From NCBI GenBank assembly GCA_963675665.1, contig OY776510.1, forward strand, positions 3,840,001 to 3,904,000: 64,000 bases of DNA. The letters run 5' to 3'. The translations under genes were made by a program, and so were the position numbers. Positions 21,120-31,847 of this stretch are shown here, in pieces. Below the pieces are notes generated by a model that worked only from the letters and a program-made list of their open reading frames with translations, ran no database searches and was not told where the DNA came from. The DNA comes from Spirochaetia bacterium. GTDB taxonomy: Bacteria > Spirochaetota > Spirochaetia > UBA9216. Every line of letters starts with the position of its first letter. Position 1 is the first letter of the stretch.

Positions 21120-22652
21120 ATGGAAAGACAAATTTTAGCATTCTTTATTATCACCTTTTTTGCAATGCTCATTATGCTCTGGCTTTCTGTTTATTCATGG
21201 AAACGCCGACCTGCAAAGTGCGCTGATACACTGACTTTTATGTTTCTGAGCGTCACTATATGGATGGGCGCAATTCTATTCGGATTAGTTGTCAGAACCG
21301 AACCTGTATCATACTTCTGGTCGGTGATCCGGATGATCGGAGTCTTTGCCGCACCGGTTTTCTGGTTCATTCTGGCTTTACAATATTCCGGCAACGACAA
21401 AAAGCTGCACCCGGTTATTATCCTGCTTCTGTGGATTATTCCGTTAATCTCACTCATCTTGATGATAAGCAATAAGTATCATCATCTGTTTCTTTCCGGA
21501 ATTATTTATGAACGTCACGGGCCTTTTCTTGTTGATTCCCAATGGCTTCTTGGCCCCTGGTTTCCGATCCACGTTGCGTATTCATATTCACTTGTATTGA
21601 TCGGGAACTTTTTCTTCTTTCGTCAAGCTGTCAGACTTGTTTCCGGTTTTTTTGGTCAGGCAGTGTCACTTTTCCTTGGCGCAATGATTCCGCTGGTTGT
21701 TAATATAATTTATGTTTTCGATCTCATTCCAGGTGTCATAGTAAATTATGATCCGCTTGGATTTGTGATCGCCGGAATAATTTTTTCTGCATGCCTTTTT
21801 CGTTTCCGATTTCTTGACATTATTCCCATAGCCCGCCGTTATCTTGTTGATAATATGCAGGACGGACTTATTGTCATTGATACCCTGAACCGGATTATAG
21901 ATATTAATCCGGAAGCAATACGTAATCTTGGATTTTCAGATACTGAGGTACTCGGTAAGGATGCCGACAGTATTTTCCCATGGCTGACGGCAGATAATGA
22001 GATCACACTCAATGCATTGGTTTTCGACTTGCGGAAGTCTCCATTGATTGTAGGCGGCGAAACTGTAGGACATTTACTGATTATGCGTGATATCACACGG
22101 CAAAAAAAGCTGGAGTCGCAGTTAAGGGAATTAGCACAAACAGATCCACTGACAGGCATATTTAACCGCAGACATTTTCTAAAATTGGCAGATGATGAAA
22201 TTGCACGGGCATTTCGCTACAAGCATATGATTTCAGTTTTGATGATCGACTGCGACCGCTTTAAATCCATCAATGACCGGTTCGGGCATCAGGTCGGTGA
22301 TCAGGTACTTGTCGCATTATCAGGCATCTGCCAAAAAACAATCCGTGAAACCGATATTCTTTGCCGCTACGGAGGAGAAGAGTTTATCATTCTGTCACCC
22401 GAAACCTCTCTGGAGGACGCAGCCCTCCTGGCAGAACGTTTGAGAATAGCAATTGAAGATATGAATTTTCACACAAACGATATACATGTTCCCATAACTA
22501 TCAGTATCGGAATAGCTTCAATGAGCGGTGAGTCTCTTGGGGTTGAAAATGCTCTTGATACCGTTATAGAGCAGACCGACAAGGCTTTGTATAAGGCAAA
22601 AACCTCCGGACGCAACCGAACACATTTTTACATAGGAGAAAAACGTCTGTAG
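21120..22652 (+). CDS. HisKA_7TM-PAS-GGDEF diguanylate cyclase
   Basis: 7TM N-terminus, PAS (DGLIVID...NP), GGEEF active site with RETD I-site. Confidence 0.92.
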   Translation: MERQILAFFIITFFAMLIMLWLSVYSWKRRPAKCADTLTFMFLSVTIWMGAILFGLVVRTEPVSYFWSVIRMIGVFAAPVFWFILALQYSGNDKKLHPVIILLLWIIPLISLILMISNKYHHLFLSGIIYERHGPFLVDSQWLLGPWFPIHVAYSYSLVLIGNFFFFRQAVRLVSGFFGQAVSLFLGAMIPLVVNIIYVFDLIPGVIVNYDPLGFVIAGIIFSACLFRFRFLDIIPIARRYLVDNMQDGLIVIDTLNRIIDINPEAIRNLGFSDTEVLGKDADSIFPWLTADNEITLNALVFDLRKSPLIVGGETVGHLLIMRDITRQKKLESQLRELAQTDPLTGIFNRRHFLKLADDEIARAFRYKHMISVLMIDCDRFKSINDRFGHQVGDQVLVALSGICQKTIRETDILCRYGGEEFIILSPETSLEDAALLAERLRIAIEDMNFHTNDIHVPITISIGIASMSGESLGVENALDTVIEQTDKALYKAKTSGRNRTHFYIGEKRL

Positions 22653-22740
22653 TTTAAGTATTGATTAACTATAGCACCATGTAAAATTTATCAGGTTCAT
22701 TATATCGACGAGAGTTCACTCACAACAGCGCCTTAACTAA

Positions 22741-23289
22741 TCAACCTGACGCCCAGGCTTTTCCGACAATATCGCCAAGAACGTAATAATTGTTTGCGGG
22801 CATCGTCAGCATAAGGGCTTTTATTTTGCTGTCATCCGGTTTTCCGGAAGATAAATACTTTTTTTCCGAATAAATACCCTTTACTTCACCAATGAATATT
22901 GAGTGTTTCAAGATCTCAATTACTTTAAATAAAGAACATTCCATTGCAACAGGACATTCTTCAATCATTGGCGCGAAACATAGTTCACCCTTAAATAAAT
23001 TAAATATTTGCGATTTATCAACTGTACGGCCGGATTTTGTACCGCAGTAATCAACTTCCGACACAATCCTGTCGTCAGGTATATTTATGCTGAATTCATT
23101 ATTTTCCCTGATGCCGATATTTGTATAATGATTTGCCAGCGCAACTGCTATTAACGGCGGAAAGCTCTCTATCCTGGCAGCCCATGCAGCAGTCATAAAA
23201 TTTGTTTTCCCTTCTGTAACTGAACCTATCAAAACTACAGGCATCGGAAAACCGAACGATTTTGTGTTATCCAGTTTTATTTTATTCAT
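22741..23289 (-). CDS. Flavin reductase-like (flavoredoxin) protein
   Basis: FPMPVVLIG, FSINIP, DYCGTKSG, APMIEECPVAMEC. Confidence 0.88.
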   Translation of the reverse strand: MNKIKLDNTKSFGFPMPVVLIGSVTEGKTNFMTAAWAARIESFPPLIAVALANHYTNIGIRENNEFSINIPDDRIVSEVDYCGTKSGRTVDKSQIFNLFKGELCFAPMIEECPVAMECSLFKVIEILKHSIFIGEVKGIYSEKKYLSSGKPDDSKIKALMLTMPANNYYVLGDIVGKAWASG

Positions 23290-23294
23290 AACAT

Positions 23295-23338
23295 AAAAAC
23301 AACTTTCTCCCACCCTGTAACAGGAATGGGAGAAAGTT
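23295..23338 (-). terminator. Terminator of the sugar ABC operon
   Basis: AACTTTCTCCCA...TGGGAGAAAGTT 12-bp stem, followed by GTTTTT on the minus strand. Confidence 0.7.
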
Positions 23339-23346
23339 TTGCTTTA

Positions 23347-24891
23347 TTATTTCGCCTTATCACCCAGGACTTCTGCAAAAATTTCTGCAGTGTGGTCCAT
23401 AGCTTCTTTCACAGTCATCTCTCCTGAAATGGTATTGCTTATGCTCAACACCATTGCTTCAACCAACTCTTCCTGTTCAGGAAATGTCGGTTTTGGTACC
23501 AATGTAACTTCAGTTGTTTTGGTTGCAGGATTAATAGCTTCCATATATCTTCTTGGAACACCCCAACCTGAGGCATCACCCTGTTCACGTATACCGATAA
23601 CTTCAGCTCCCCTGGTTTTCAGGTATACAGCAGTCGGCGTATAAGGCAATTTTTCTATATCGGGATCATTATAAACAGAACGTACTGCAGACTGTCCGCC
23701 AATTTCCATCTGTTTCTTCTGTGTAAGATCTCCCATTGCCCACTGTATGAATAACCATGCCAATTCAGGTTTTTTTGATTTCTTGGGAATCAGGTAACTC
23801 CATCCTTCAACCTGTACCGCTTTTTCCATTTCAATCGGAGGTCCCGAATATGCTATCTTTCCGGCAACCAATGATTCTTTCGGATTCTCAACTGCGCCTA
23901 CGGCATCATCCCATTCTATACCCATTGCGGCAATATCCTGCTGCATTGCTGCCTGTGATTCATCCCATCCGAATGTCAGAACTCCCGGCGGGCAGAAAGG
24001 AACGAGGGAATTATAGTATTCCATAGCCTTAACGGCCTGAGGAGAATTAATTCCGATTTTTCCGTAATCCGAGCCTTTTTCTATATAAAGCTCTCTTCCG
24101 CCGAACGGATACAGAAAGTTAAGAAAATCATACCATGATGATACGTGTCTTTTACCCTGAATAGTATTTCCGTAGAAGTCTCTGTCAAGCACCTTGCCTG
24201 CCAGTTTTTCACCCTTTGCCCTGGTAAAGAACTCGGCAACATCGTAGTATTCCTTTGCTGTTACCGGCGGGTTCGGAAGATCATATCCATATTTGCTCTT
24301 GAATGCACTGATTTCTGTTGCATTTTCAAAAATGTCATACCTGTACCATAGATACATTGTGATGAAATGAAACGGTAACCCGTAAGCCTGATCGTTATAC
24401 CATGATACTTCATGCCAGTAATATTCATCGAGAAGAGCCCCGCCTTCAATGTTAAAATCCGGGTCTCTTAATTTATCGTTGCTGAGAAAATCTCCCAACG
24501 GTAAAATCCAGTCGTTTTCAACATAGGCGCCAAGCTGCCTGTGGGGACTTATTATCAGGTCATATATCCGCGTACCGCCTACAAAATCAGCCATGGTTTT
24601 TTCTATAACCTCAGCCTGACCATACTGCTCGATTTCAACCTTTACACCTGTTATGGCTTCAAATTCTGCTTTTACATCCGCCAGAGCTTCAAGAGGCGGT
24701 AATGCCTCTCCAATAAACCGTAACGTTTCACCCTTCCAGGGCGCCGCAGCTTCCGCCAAAGTCCAGCCGTCTTTGAAAGTAATGTCAGCAGAACTTGCTC
24801 CGGCCTCCTTATTACCCGAGGCAAACAGCCCTGCAGCAGAGAACAACATCATGATGATACAAACCGCTAATTGAACTTTCGATTTCTTCAT
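23347..24891 (-). CDS. Sugar/polyol ABC transporter substrate-binding protein (CUT1, GlpV-like)
   Basis: Signal peptide 'LFASG'; 'FKSKYGYDL...YYDVAEFFT' motif. Confidence 0.88.
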   Translation of the reverse strand: MKKSKVQLAVCIIMMLFSAAGLFASGNKEAGASSADITFKDGWTLAEAAAPWKGETLRFIGEALPPLEALADVKAEFEAITGVKVEIEQYGQAEVIEKTMADFVGGTRIYDLIISPHRQLGAYVENDWILPLGDFLSNDKLRDPDFNIEGGALLDEYYWHEVSWYNDQAYGLPFHFITMYLWYRYDIFENATEISAFKSKYGYDLPNPPVTAKEYYDVAEFFTRAKGEKLAGKVLDRDFYGNTIQGKRHVSSWYDFLNFLYPFGGRELYIEKGSDYGKIGINSPQAVKAMEYYNSLVPFCPPGVLTFGWDESQAAMQQDIAAMGIEWDDAVGAVENPKESLVAGKIAYSGPPIEMEKAVQVEGWSYLIPKKSKKPELAWLFIQWAMGDLTQKKQMEIGGQSAVRSVYNDPDIEKLPYTPTAVYLKTRGAEVIGIREQGDASGWGVPRRYMEAINPATKTTEVTLVPKPTFPEQEELVEAMVLSISNTISGEMTVKEAMDHTAEIFAEVLGDKAK

Positions 24892-24913
24892 ACCAATTTT
24901 TCCTCCTAAACTT

Positions 24914-26032
24914 TTAAGGGATTAAATTTTCCCCTGTTTCACAATTAAAAAGATAAGAATTTTGACTCTCCCACTTAAGCCAGATCTTTTTTTCCGTATC
25001 AATCATGTTGTTGCGATCCAGTTCCTGTACTACGACAAGCTTTAATTCTTCATTAACAGCTGTAATAACAACCTTCTCCCCGTTTATCTGGAAAAAGTCA
25101 ATTGAGCACTCAAGATAATCTTCTTCCTGCTTTTTTTCGAATGATATTTCAAGGTCGGAATACCGTATTCCGCAAATCACCTTATCGGGGATATTATTTT
25201 CCTCTATTGTTTTGCTTATCTGTTTCGGTATTTTAAAATTTACATTACCTTTCTTTAAATACATGGATTTGTTCTTTCTGACAATCTCCGCATCTATAAG
25301 CGTAATCTTGGGCTCACCGATTGTAGAAGCTACAAATGTATTAACCGGGTGGAAATACAACTCTTTCGGCGTACCTATCTGCTGTATCTTACCCTTATTT
25401 AAAACTGCTATCCTGTCAGCCATTGCCACAGCTTCCGATTGGTCAGGCGTTGCAAAAATTGCAGGAATACCCTGTTCCTGTTGCAGTCTTTTAAGTTCTC
25501 TTCTCATCTGATGTCTTAATTTGGCATCCAGATGGGCTATCGGTTCATCAAGAAGATATACATTTGGTTTCCTGACCAGGGTCCTGCCGAGAGCAACGCG
25601 CTGCCTCTGGCCGCCTGAAAGTTCTCTCGGATACCGATCAAGCAACGGGTCTATCTGCAACAGCTTTGCCATATTCCGCACGATCTTGTCTTTTTCGGCA
25701 TCATCCAAATCTTTTTTTCTAACCGGAGCTTCAAGCGGAAACCGGATATTCTGATATACGGTCCTGTTCGGATATAAAGCATAAGACTCAAACGCTACCG
25801 CGACATTTCTGTTTCCGGGTTTTAGTTTGTTTACTTTTGTATCGCCGATATAAATATCACCTTCGGTTATTGGAATTAATCCTGAAATTAAATTAAATAT
25901 GGTTGATTTTCCGGCACCCGACGGACCGAGCAGAAAGAAGAATTCTCCTTCTTTTGTTTCAAAACTCACATTATCAACAGCCTTTACCCCGCCGAATGTT
26001 TTCGTCAGATTGGATATTTTTACTACTGCCAT
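24914..26032 (-). CDS. Sugar ABC ATP-binding protein (MalK-like)
   Basis: GPSGAGKST, LSGGQRQRVALGR, DEP. Confidence 0.92.
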   Translation of the reverse strand: MAVVKISNLTKTFGGVKAVDNVSFETKEGEFFFLLGPSGAGKSTIFNLISGLIPITEGDIYIGDTKVNKLKPGNRNVAVAFESYALYPNRTVYQNIRFPLEAPVRKKDLDDAEKDKIVRNMAKLLQIDPLLDRYPRELSGGQRQRVALGRTLVRKPNVYLLDEPIAHLDAKLRHQMRRELKRLQQEQGIPAIFATPDQSEAVAMADRIAVLNKGKIQQIGTPKELYFHPVNTFVASTIGEPKITLIDAEIVRKNKSMYLKKGNVNFKIPKQISKTIEENNIPDKVICGIRYSDLEISFEKKQEEDYLECSIDFFQINGEKVVITAVNEELKLVVVQELDRNNMIDTEKKIWLKWESQNSYLFNCETGENLIP

Positions 26033-27123
26033 AAGTCCCTCCTCAAGTCCAGGTTCTTTTCAGTCGCAGGATTAAAGAAATTCAGTTTCGGGTATTCCAG
26101 TTGAAATGAGACAGGTTTATTCATCTCGAAATCGTTGCTTAATCCTGTTGATACAAGAAGGCTTTGACTTCCCAGTTTTACTGTTATTATCTGTTCTTCA
26201 TTTCTCGGTTCTATGAAGATTACTTCGCCTTTTATAGAGTTTTCTGTTTTTTCGGGAACAAAATTAATATGAGTATCCCTTATTCCGACTGTTACTTCTG
26301 ATAACCCGGTCTCGTTGAGAGGATTCATCAGCTCTTCAGGAATGAACAGATCATTTTCCTCAAAAAACAGCTTATTATCATGAAGGTTACCGGAAAGAAA
26401 ATTCATTGGCGGTTCGCCGATAAATCCTCCGACAAATATATTTGAGGGGTGTTCATATACTTCACTGGCAGTATCAAACTGCTGCAGGACTCCGTAATTC
26501 ATTATTGCAATTCTGTCGGCCATAACCATAGCTTCGATCTGGTCATGGGTAACATAGATAGTGGTTACCCCGATTTTTCGCTGCAACTTTTTCAAATCTT
26601 CCCGCATTCTTGCTTTCAGTTCTTCTTCCAGATGAGATATGGGCTCATCCAAAAGAAGCACTTTGGGATTTCGGACAAGAGCCCTTGCTACTCCTGTTCT
26701 CTGCTGTGCGCCTCCGCTTAAGTCCTTGACATTCTCATTCAGAATTGAACGTATTCCCATAAGCTCTGCCGCTTCGATGACTTTGTTTCTGACAACAGAA
26801 TCTTCAACCTTTCTTATTCTCAACGGAAATGCAATATTTTCGCCAACGCTGAGATGCGGATATAAAGCATAATTTTCAAATGCCATTGCAATATCCCGGT
26901 CTTTCGGACTCATCTCATTCACAACCTGACCGTCGATAACGAGCTCTCCGCCGGTTATTTTCTCCAACCCTGCTATCATCCGCAAGGTTGTTGATTTTCC
27001 GCAACCCGACGGGCCCAGTAAACATACAAATTCACCATCTTTAATTGATAAATCTATATCATTAACCGCCAGAACATCATTTTTGTAAACTTTCCGAATA
27101 CTTTTAAGTGCAACTTCAGCCAT
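26023..27123 (-). CDS. Sugar ABC ATP-binding protein (MalK-like)
   Basis: GPSGCGKST, LSGGAQQR, VTHDQ. Confidence 0.92.
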   Translation of the reverse strand: MAEVALKSIRKVYKNDVLAVNDIDLSIKDGEFVCLLGPSGCGKSTTLRMIAGLEKITGGELVIDGQVVNEMSPKDRDIAMAFENYALYPHLSVGENIAFPLRIRKVEDSVVRNKVIEAAELMGIRSILNENVKDLSGGAQQRTGVARALVRNPKVLLLDEPISHLEEELKARMREDLKKLQRKIGVTTIYVTHDQIEAMVMADRIAIMNYGVLQQFDTASEVYEHPSNIFVGGFIGEPPMNFLSGNLHDNKLFFEENDLFIPEELMNPLNETGLSEVTVGIRDTHINFVPEKTENSIKGEVIFIEPRNEEQIITVKLGSQSLLVSTGLSNDFEMNKPVSFQLEYPKLNFFNPATEKNLDLRRDLWQ

Positions 27124-27391
27124 CTTGTTCCCTCTTTTTTGCAGAGCGGGTTTTGAAATATTCTCTCCAGATTAGAAAAACTATCCCTGCCCAAACGATT
27201 AGTGAAAATTTGACATTTATCCCTATTCTTTCAATCGTAAAAAGCCATATCAGCGCAAGAAGACATTCGGAAAGAATTGTGTAAAAGATACAATCTCCCA
27301 ATTCAACCTCCTGTCCCCAGAGGAATTTATATAAACCTTCTCCGACTGACGCATGCTTTCTTTTCCTGAAATCAGTATTATTATTTTCCAT
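27116..27391 (-). CDS. Small two-TM membrane protein inside the ABC operon (DUF2160/GlpU-like position)
   Basis: 91 aa with two hydrophobic segments; tightly coupled between permease and ATPase. Confidence 0.65.
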   Translation of the reverse strand: MENNNTDFRKRKHASVGEGLYKFLWGQEVELGDCIFYTILSECLLALIWLFTIERIGINVKFSLIVWAGIVFLIWREYFKTRSAKKREQDG

Positions 27392-27395
27392 TGTT

Positions 27396-28232
27396 CTATC
27401 CCTTTACCGCGCCCATGGACAAACCTCTTATGAGATGTTTTTGAAGTATGATTGCCAGAATGATAATCGGGAGAGTAACAACCCCTGATGCCGCACACAA
27501 CTGTCCCCAGAAGGTGCCGTGCGGAGTTATCAATCCGCTGAAACTTGCCGGCAGGGTTCTTGCTGCATGTCCCCCAAGAATCAATGAGAAAAGCAATTCG
27601 TTCCACGAAAAAATAAAGGAGATCAGCGCAGTGGAAACAACAGCAGGTTTAACAATAGGAAAAATAACATGTCTGAAGGCTCCCCATTCTGAATAACCGT
27701 CAACAAGAGCGGCATTATCCAGATCAACCGGAATATCATCGAAAAATGCCCTCATTACGTAAATTACCAGTGCAACTATAAAGGTACAGTGTGCCAATAC
27801 AAGCCCCGGAGTTTTTCCAAGGAGTCCAAGCTTGCTGAACATTATGTACAGCGGCAAAGCTTCCGCAACGCCCGGGCACATACGTGTTGTAAGAAAGTAA
27901 AAGTACAAGTGTTTTTTACCGAAAATATGATACCTGCTGAAAGCATACCCGGCGGGAATTCCTACCAGCAGACATAATATTACAGCAAAAACTGCAGTTA
28001 AAACTGAATTCTTGAGATACAGAATAAATCCGTTCTCAATAAATACTTTTGGGAAATTCTCAAGAGTCGGCGTAAAAAACAGCTTGGGTGTTGTAGAAAG
28101 AATATCGGTCCGAACTTTGAAACCGGAAAGAAAAGTCCATAGATATGGAAGCAACGCAAGCAGACAGGCAACAATGATGACTATGATTTCAAATGTTGTC
28201 AGCGTCCATTTTAATTTATTATTCTTAAGCAT
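27396..28232 (-). CDS. Carbohydrate ABC permease (MalG-like)
   Basis: EAA-like loop 'DNAALVDGYS'; SWNEL. Confidence 0.92.
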   Translation of the reverse strand: MLKNNKLKWTLTTFEIIVIIVACLLALLPYLWTFLSGFKVRTDILSTTPKLFFTPTLENFPKVFIENGFILYLKNSVLTAVFAVILCLLVGIPAGYAFSRYHIFGKKHLYFYFLTTRMCPGVAEALPLYIMFSKLGLLGKTPGLVLAHCTFIVALVIYVMRAFFDDIPVDLDNAALVDGYSEWGAFRHVIFPIVKPAVVSTALISFIFSWNELLFSLILGGHAARTLPASFSGLITPHGTFWGQLCAASGVVTLPIIILAIILQKHLIRGLSMGAVKG

Positions 28233-28247
28233 TACAATCTCCTTTTC

Positions 28248-29126
28248 TTAATTGATCTTTTTTTCCGGCGGTATAACCAGGTGGAAAAAGATCAGGGTAA
28301 TCAGGTAACTCACCAGAAACAGAATTACAACAACTGCCGATCCGTATCCTATATGCCAGTATTTAAAATTTACCCGGTATCCGTATATACTTAATGCTTC
28401 CGTAGCCATTCCCGGTCCGCCTGTAGTCATCATCCATATCTTGTCGAATATTTTATAGGCATCAGTAAATCTTAAAAGAAAAGCAACCGTAAAAATCGGT
28501 CTTAATGCCGGTAAAGTTACCCTTCTGAAAGTCTGAACAGCGCTTGCGCCGTCAACCTGTGCAGCTTCCAAAGGTTCTTTCGGCTGCCCCAGAAGCCCGG
28601 CCAGAAACAGCAGGAACAGGAACGGAGTCCATTGCCAGATATCAATCGCAATAATGGTACCGAGCGCCGTTTTAGAACTGCCCAGAAGACCGTCATTTGC
28701 TATGCCGAGATTTTTAAGAAATATTCCTACAACTCCAAAATTGGGATTCAGATTCAGCCTCCAGATAAGACCTACTACAGTAGGAGAAATTATCATTGGA
28801 ATCAAAAGTATGGGTACTACAAATTTCTGAGTAAAAATATGCCGTGAAACAAGAACCGCAAGGGCCAAGCCCAATAACAATTCTACAGGAAGAGAAACAA
28901 GCAGAAACTTAATTGTTACCCAGATACTTGTTCGAAATGCAGTATCGGTAAAAACCTTTCTGTAATTATCCAGGGCTATAAACCCGCCGGAGCCGATTTT
29001 GGTATAACTCAGACTGAAAAAACTGTTGTATATCATTATCAGCCACGGAGTCAGTGATATAACAAAACATAAAATCACTGCCGGAAGAATCCAGGCATTC
29101 CAGCCTTGCCATTTACTTAGTCGCAT
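28248..29126 (-). CDS. Carbohydrate ABC permease (MalF-like)
   Basis: DIWQWTPF, EAAQVDGAS, TGGPG. Confidence 0.92.
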   Translation of the reverse strand: MRLSKWQGWNAWILPAVILCFVISLTPWLIMIYNSFFSLSYTKIGSGGFIALDNYRKVFTDTAFRTSIWVTIKFLLVSLPVELLLGLALAVLVSRHIFTQKFVVPILLIPMIISPTVVGLIWRLNLNPNFGVVGIFLKNLGIANDGLLGSSKTALGTIIAIDIWQWTPFLFLLFLAGLLGQPKEPLEAAQVDGASAVQTFRRVTLPALRPIFTVAFLLRFTDAYKIFDKIWMMTTGGPGMATEALSIYGYRVNFKYWHIGYGSAVVVILFLVSYLITLIFFHLVIPPEKKIN

Positions 29127-29141
29127 AATACACTCCTATTT

Positions 29142-29918
29142 TCAGCTTTTCATAACACGCAGACCGGGACCGTACCCCAAGGTTTCGCCCTGATCAATGA
29201 TAACCGCTGAGCCTTTCATGGCGCTTGATTCATCCGACGCAAGAAATGCCACAAGATTCGCTACCTCTTCAGGGGTTGATATCTGCCCCATGCTTTCCAT
29301 AACGGCCTCAGGATCGTCTTCAAGACTTAGCTGCCGTTCCAGCAAAGGCGTCACCATATTGCCGGGACAGACAACATTTATACGTATATTGTCTTTTGCA
29401 TGATCCAGAGCCAGTGCTCTTGCAAAAGCAACTACCCCGCCCTTTGAAGCGGCATAACTTGTAAAACCGGGATCACATACATATGCCCAGTTTGATCCTG
29501 TAAAAACAATTACACCCTTGTCCTGTTTCAACATTTGAGTTATTCCATACTTTGCAGAAAGAAAAGCGCCGTTCAGATTGACATCTACAACCTTTTTCCA
29601 ATCGTCAAATGAAAGTTCTGAAACAAATTTTACTTTGTCTATAATTCCAGTGTTGATATGAAGTATATCTACTGAACCAAAAGCGGAAACAACCTGTTTG
29701 AAGGCATTAATAACATCAGCTTCCTGTGTTACATCACAGTGAATAAATAACCCCTCGGTTCCGGCATCATTGCATTCTTTAACAACAGCTTCACCTTTTT
29801 TATCATCTATATCAAAGATTGCTACTTTTGCTTTGCCGGAAGCAAATTTTAATACAGAGGCTCTGCCCAGCCCTGAAGCTCCTCCGGTTACAACAGCTAT
29901 CTTACCGTTAAAATCCAT
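29142..29918 (-). CDS. Short-chain dehydrogenase/reductase
   Basis: TGGASGLG, YAASK, NVVCPG. Confidence 0.92.
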   Translation of the reverse strand: MDFNGKIAVVTGGASGLGRASVLKFASGKAKVAIFDIDDKKGEAVVKECNDAGTEGLFIHCDVTQEADVINAFKQVVSAFGSVDILHINTGIIDKVKFVSELSFDDWKKVVDVNLNGAFLSAKYGITQMLKQDKGVIVFTGSNWAYVCDPGFTSYAASKGGVVAFARALALDHAKDNIRINVVCPGNMVTPLLERQLSLEDDPEAVMESMGQISTPEEVANLVAFLASDESSAMKGSAVIIDQGETLGYGPGLRVMKS

Positions 29919-29944
29919 AAATTCCCCCAATTATTACTTTAATT

Positions 29945-31468
29945 TTAATCACCGGTCTCTTTTGCAAACATCGATTTCAATGAAGCATACAGTTCAATAT
30001 ATTTGCTGTATACGACATCATAGATTTCCTTATTCGTATGGTTCGGTTCATACCGTTCTTTCACCGTTACCATTCTTCTGGATGCCTCTTTCAGATTTTG
30101 AAACATTCCTATTCCTGCACCTGCAACAATGGCAGCTCCCAGACATGCTTCTTCCTCATTGTCAGTGACTATTACGGTTTTCCCTGTTACATCGGCCTTG
30201 AGCTGGCTCCAGAACGGACTTTTAGCCCCGCCGCCGAGGCTGCGAATTTCATTAACAGGAATTCCAAGCTCTTCAATAACTTCTATATTCTTTCTCAGAA
30301 TAAAGGCTATCCCTTCCATAATTGCCCTGGTGAAGTGGGCCCTGTTATGTGCCAGGGTAACACCGTAGAAGACCCCCTTTGCCTTTGGATCATTCTCAGG
30401 AGCCATTGCACCCTGAAGATGAGGAAGCATTACCAGTCCGTCAGCTCCGGGAGCCACTTCCGCTGCAGCAAGGCTCATCAGTTCGTAAGCATCAATTCCT
30501 GATCTGTCTCCGACAATAATCTCATTTTCACAGAACTTGTCCCTGAACCACTTCAAAACCATGCCGCCTGTTGTAAAGGTATGGGCCATGTAGGTATCAG
30601 GCATTCCATGGTAGTGGCAGGGCATTCTCTTTAACGGATCAAAGACCGGTTTGTCGACAGTAGAGACAATTGCCAGGGCGGAACCTGTGCTTTCCGAGAA
30701 GACTCCCGGTTCAACATTTCCAACACCTATTGCTCCCGCCGCCTGATCAAGAACCCCGGTACAGACAACAGTTTTGGAAGAAAGTCCTGTTTCATCTGCG
30801 ACATTTTCCTTAACCGGCCCTACAACATCACCCGATTCATGGATTTCAGGAAGTTGTTCTTTGGTTATACCAAGATAATCCAGCATATCTGACCAGTATT
30901 CTTTTGTAGTTATATCCCAGAATACCGTAGAACAAAGTAAGGAGCCCTCCGCCGCAAATTTTCCTGTTAGACGGTAAATGAAATAATCTTCGATCAAAAG
31001 GTATTTTGAAACCCTGGCGAATAAGTCGGGCTCATTCTTCTTCATCCATAATATTTTGGAAGCCGGCCATGTCGGAACAATACTGACCTGACCGGTTATT
31101 CCATAAATATCACTGTTTTGAAAAGCCTTTTGCAGTTCATCAGCCTCATCCTGGGCCCGGTTATCCATCCATACTATTGCATTTCTCAGAGGGTTGCCTG
31201 AATTATCAACCGGAATCAGGGTTTCACCCTGAGCCGAGATGCCTATGGCGCGTATTGAATCGGAATTAATTCCGCTTTTTTGTAAAACTTCGCGTACGCC
31301 GGCCTTGAATGCTTTCCAGTATGTTTCAACTTCCATTTCAACTGAAAGCGCTGTAGGTGTAAGAAGAGTATATTCCTGATTTGAAGATGCAACCAAACCG
31401 CCTTTTTCATTAAACAAAGCGGTTTTTATCGCTGAAGTTCCTAAATCAAGACTTAAAATATATTCCAT
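29945..31468 (-). CDS. FGGY-family sugar kinase (xylulokinase-like)
   Basis: LDLGTSAIK, AIVWMDNR, DQAAG, GGGAKS. Confidence 0.92.
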   Translation of the reverse strand: MEYILSLDLGTSAIKTALFNEKGGLVASSNQEYTLLTPTALSVEMEVETYWKAFKAGVREVLQKSGINSDSIRAIGISAQGETLIPVDNSGNPLRNAIVWMDNRAQDEADELQKAFQNSDIYGITGQVSIVPTWPASKILWMKKNEPDLFARVSKYLLIEDYFIYRLTGKFAAEGSLLCSTVFWDITTKEYWSDMLDYLGITKEQLPEIHESGDVVGPVKENVADETGLSSKTVVCTGVLDQAAGAIGVGNVEPGVFSESTGSALAIVSTVDKPVFDPLKRMPCHYHGMPDTYMAHTFTTGGMVLKWFRDKFCENEIIVGDRSGIDAYELMSLAAAEVAPGADGLVMLPHLQGAMAPENDPKAKGVFYGVTLAHNRAHFTRAIMEGIAFILRKNIEVIEELGIPVNEIRSLGGGAKSPFWSQLKADVTGKTVIVTDNEEEACLGAAIVAGAGIGMFQNLKEASRRMVTVKERYEPNHTNKEIYDVVYSKYIELYASLKSMFAKETGD

Positions 31469-31485
31469 AAAAACTCCTAACTTTT

Positions 31486-31821
31486 TTATTTTTCAGGCGG
31501 TCCCATTGTCCAGGTTACTACTGCTTTCTCCTCACCGATATTTATCAGAGTATGCGAAACCCCTTCGGGCATAAGAATACAATCACCTTCATTCAGTTCA
31601 AAATAGCGATCCTGTTCTTCAACAAACATAAGAACATGCCCTCTTGAAACAAAAAAAACTTCGTGAGAATCCGGGTGCCCGGGGTCCTTAGCCCCTCTCT
31701 GTCCGGGCAATAATTCAGATGAGCCGAATACAATCTTGTCCGTATGCAGATACTCGCGACAATGTTCAACTCCTTCCATGAAATTTCTTGCATCCTTCTT
31801 TTCTACCTTTAAAACATCCAT
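31486..31821 (-). CDS. Cupin-domain protein
   Basis: H-x3-HE...PEGVSH cupin motifs; GGAG RBS before 31821. Confidence 0.85.
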   Translation of the reverse strand: MDVLKVEKKDARNFMEGVEHCREYLHTDKIVFGSSELLPGQRGAKDPGHPDSHEVFFVSRGHVLMFVEEQDRYFELNEGDCILMPEGVSHTLINIGEEKAVVTWTMGPPEK

Positions 31822-31847
31822 TTTTCTTCCTACTTCTCCAAAGTCAT

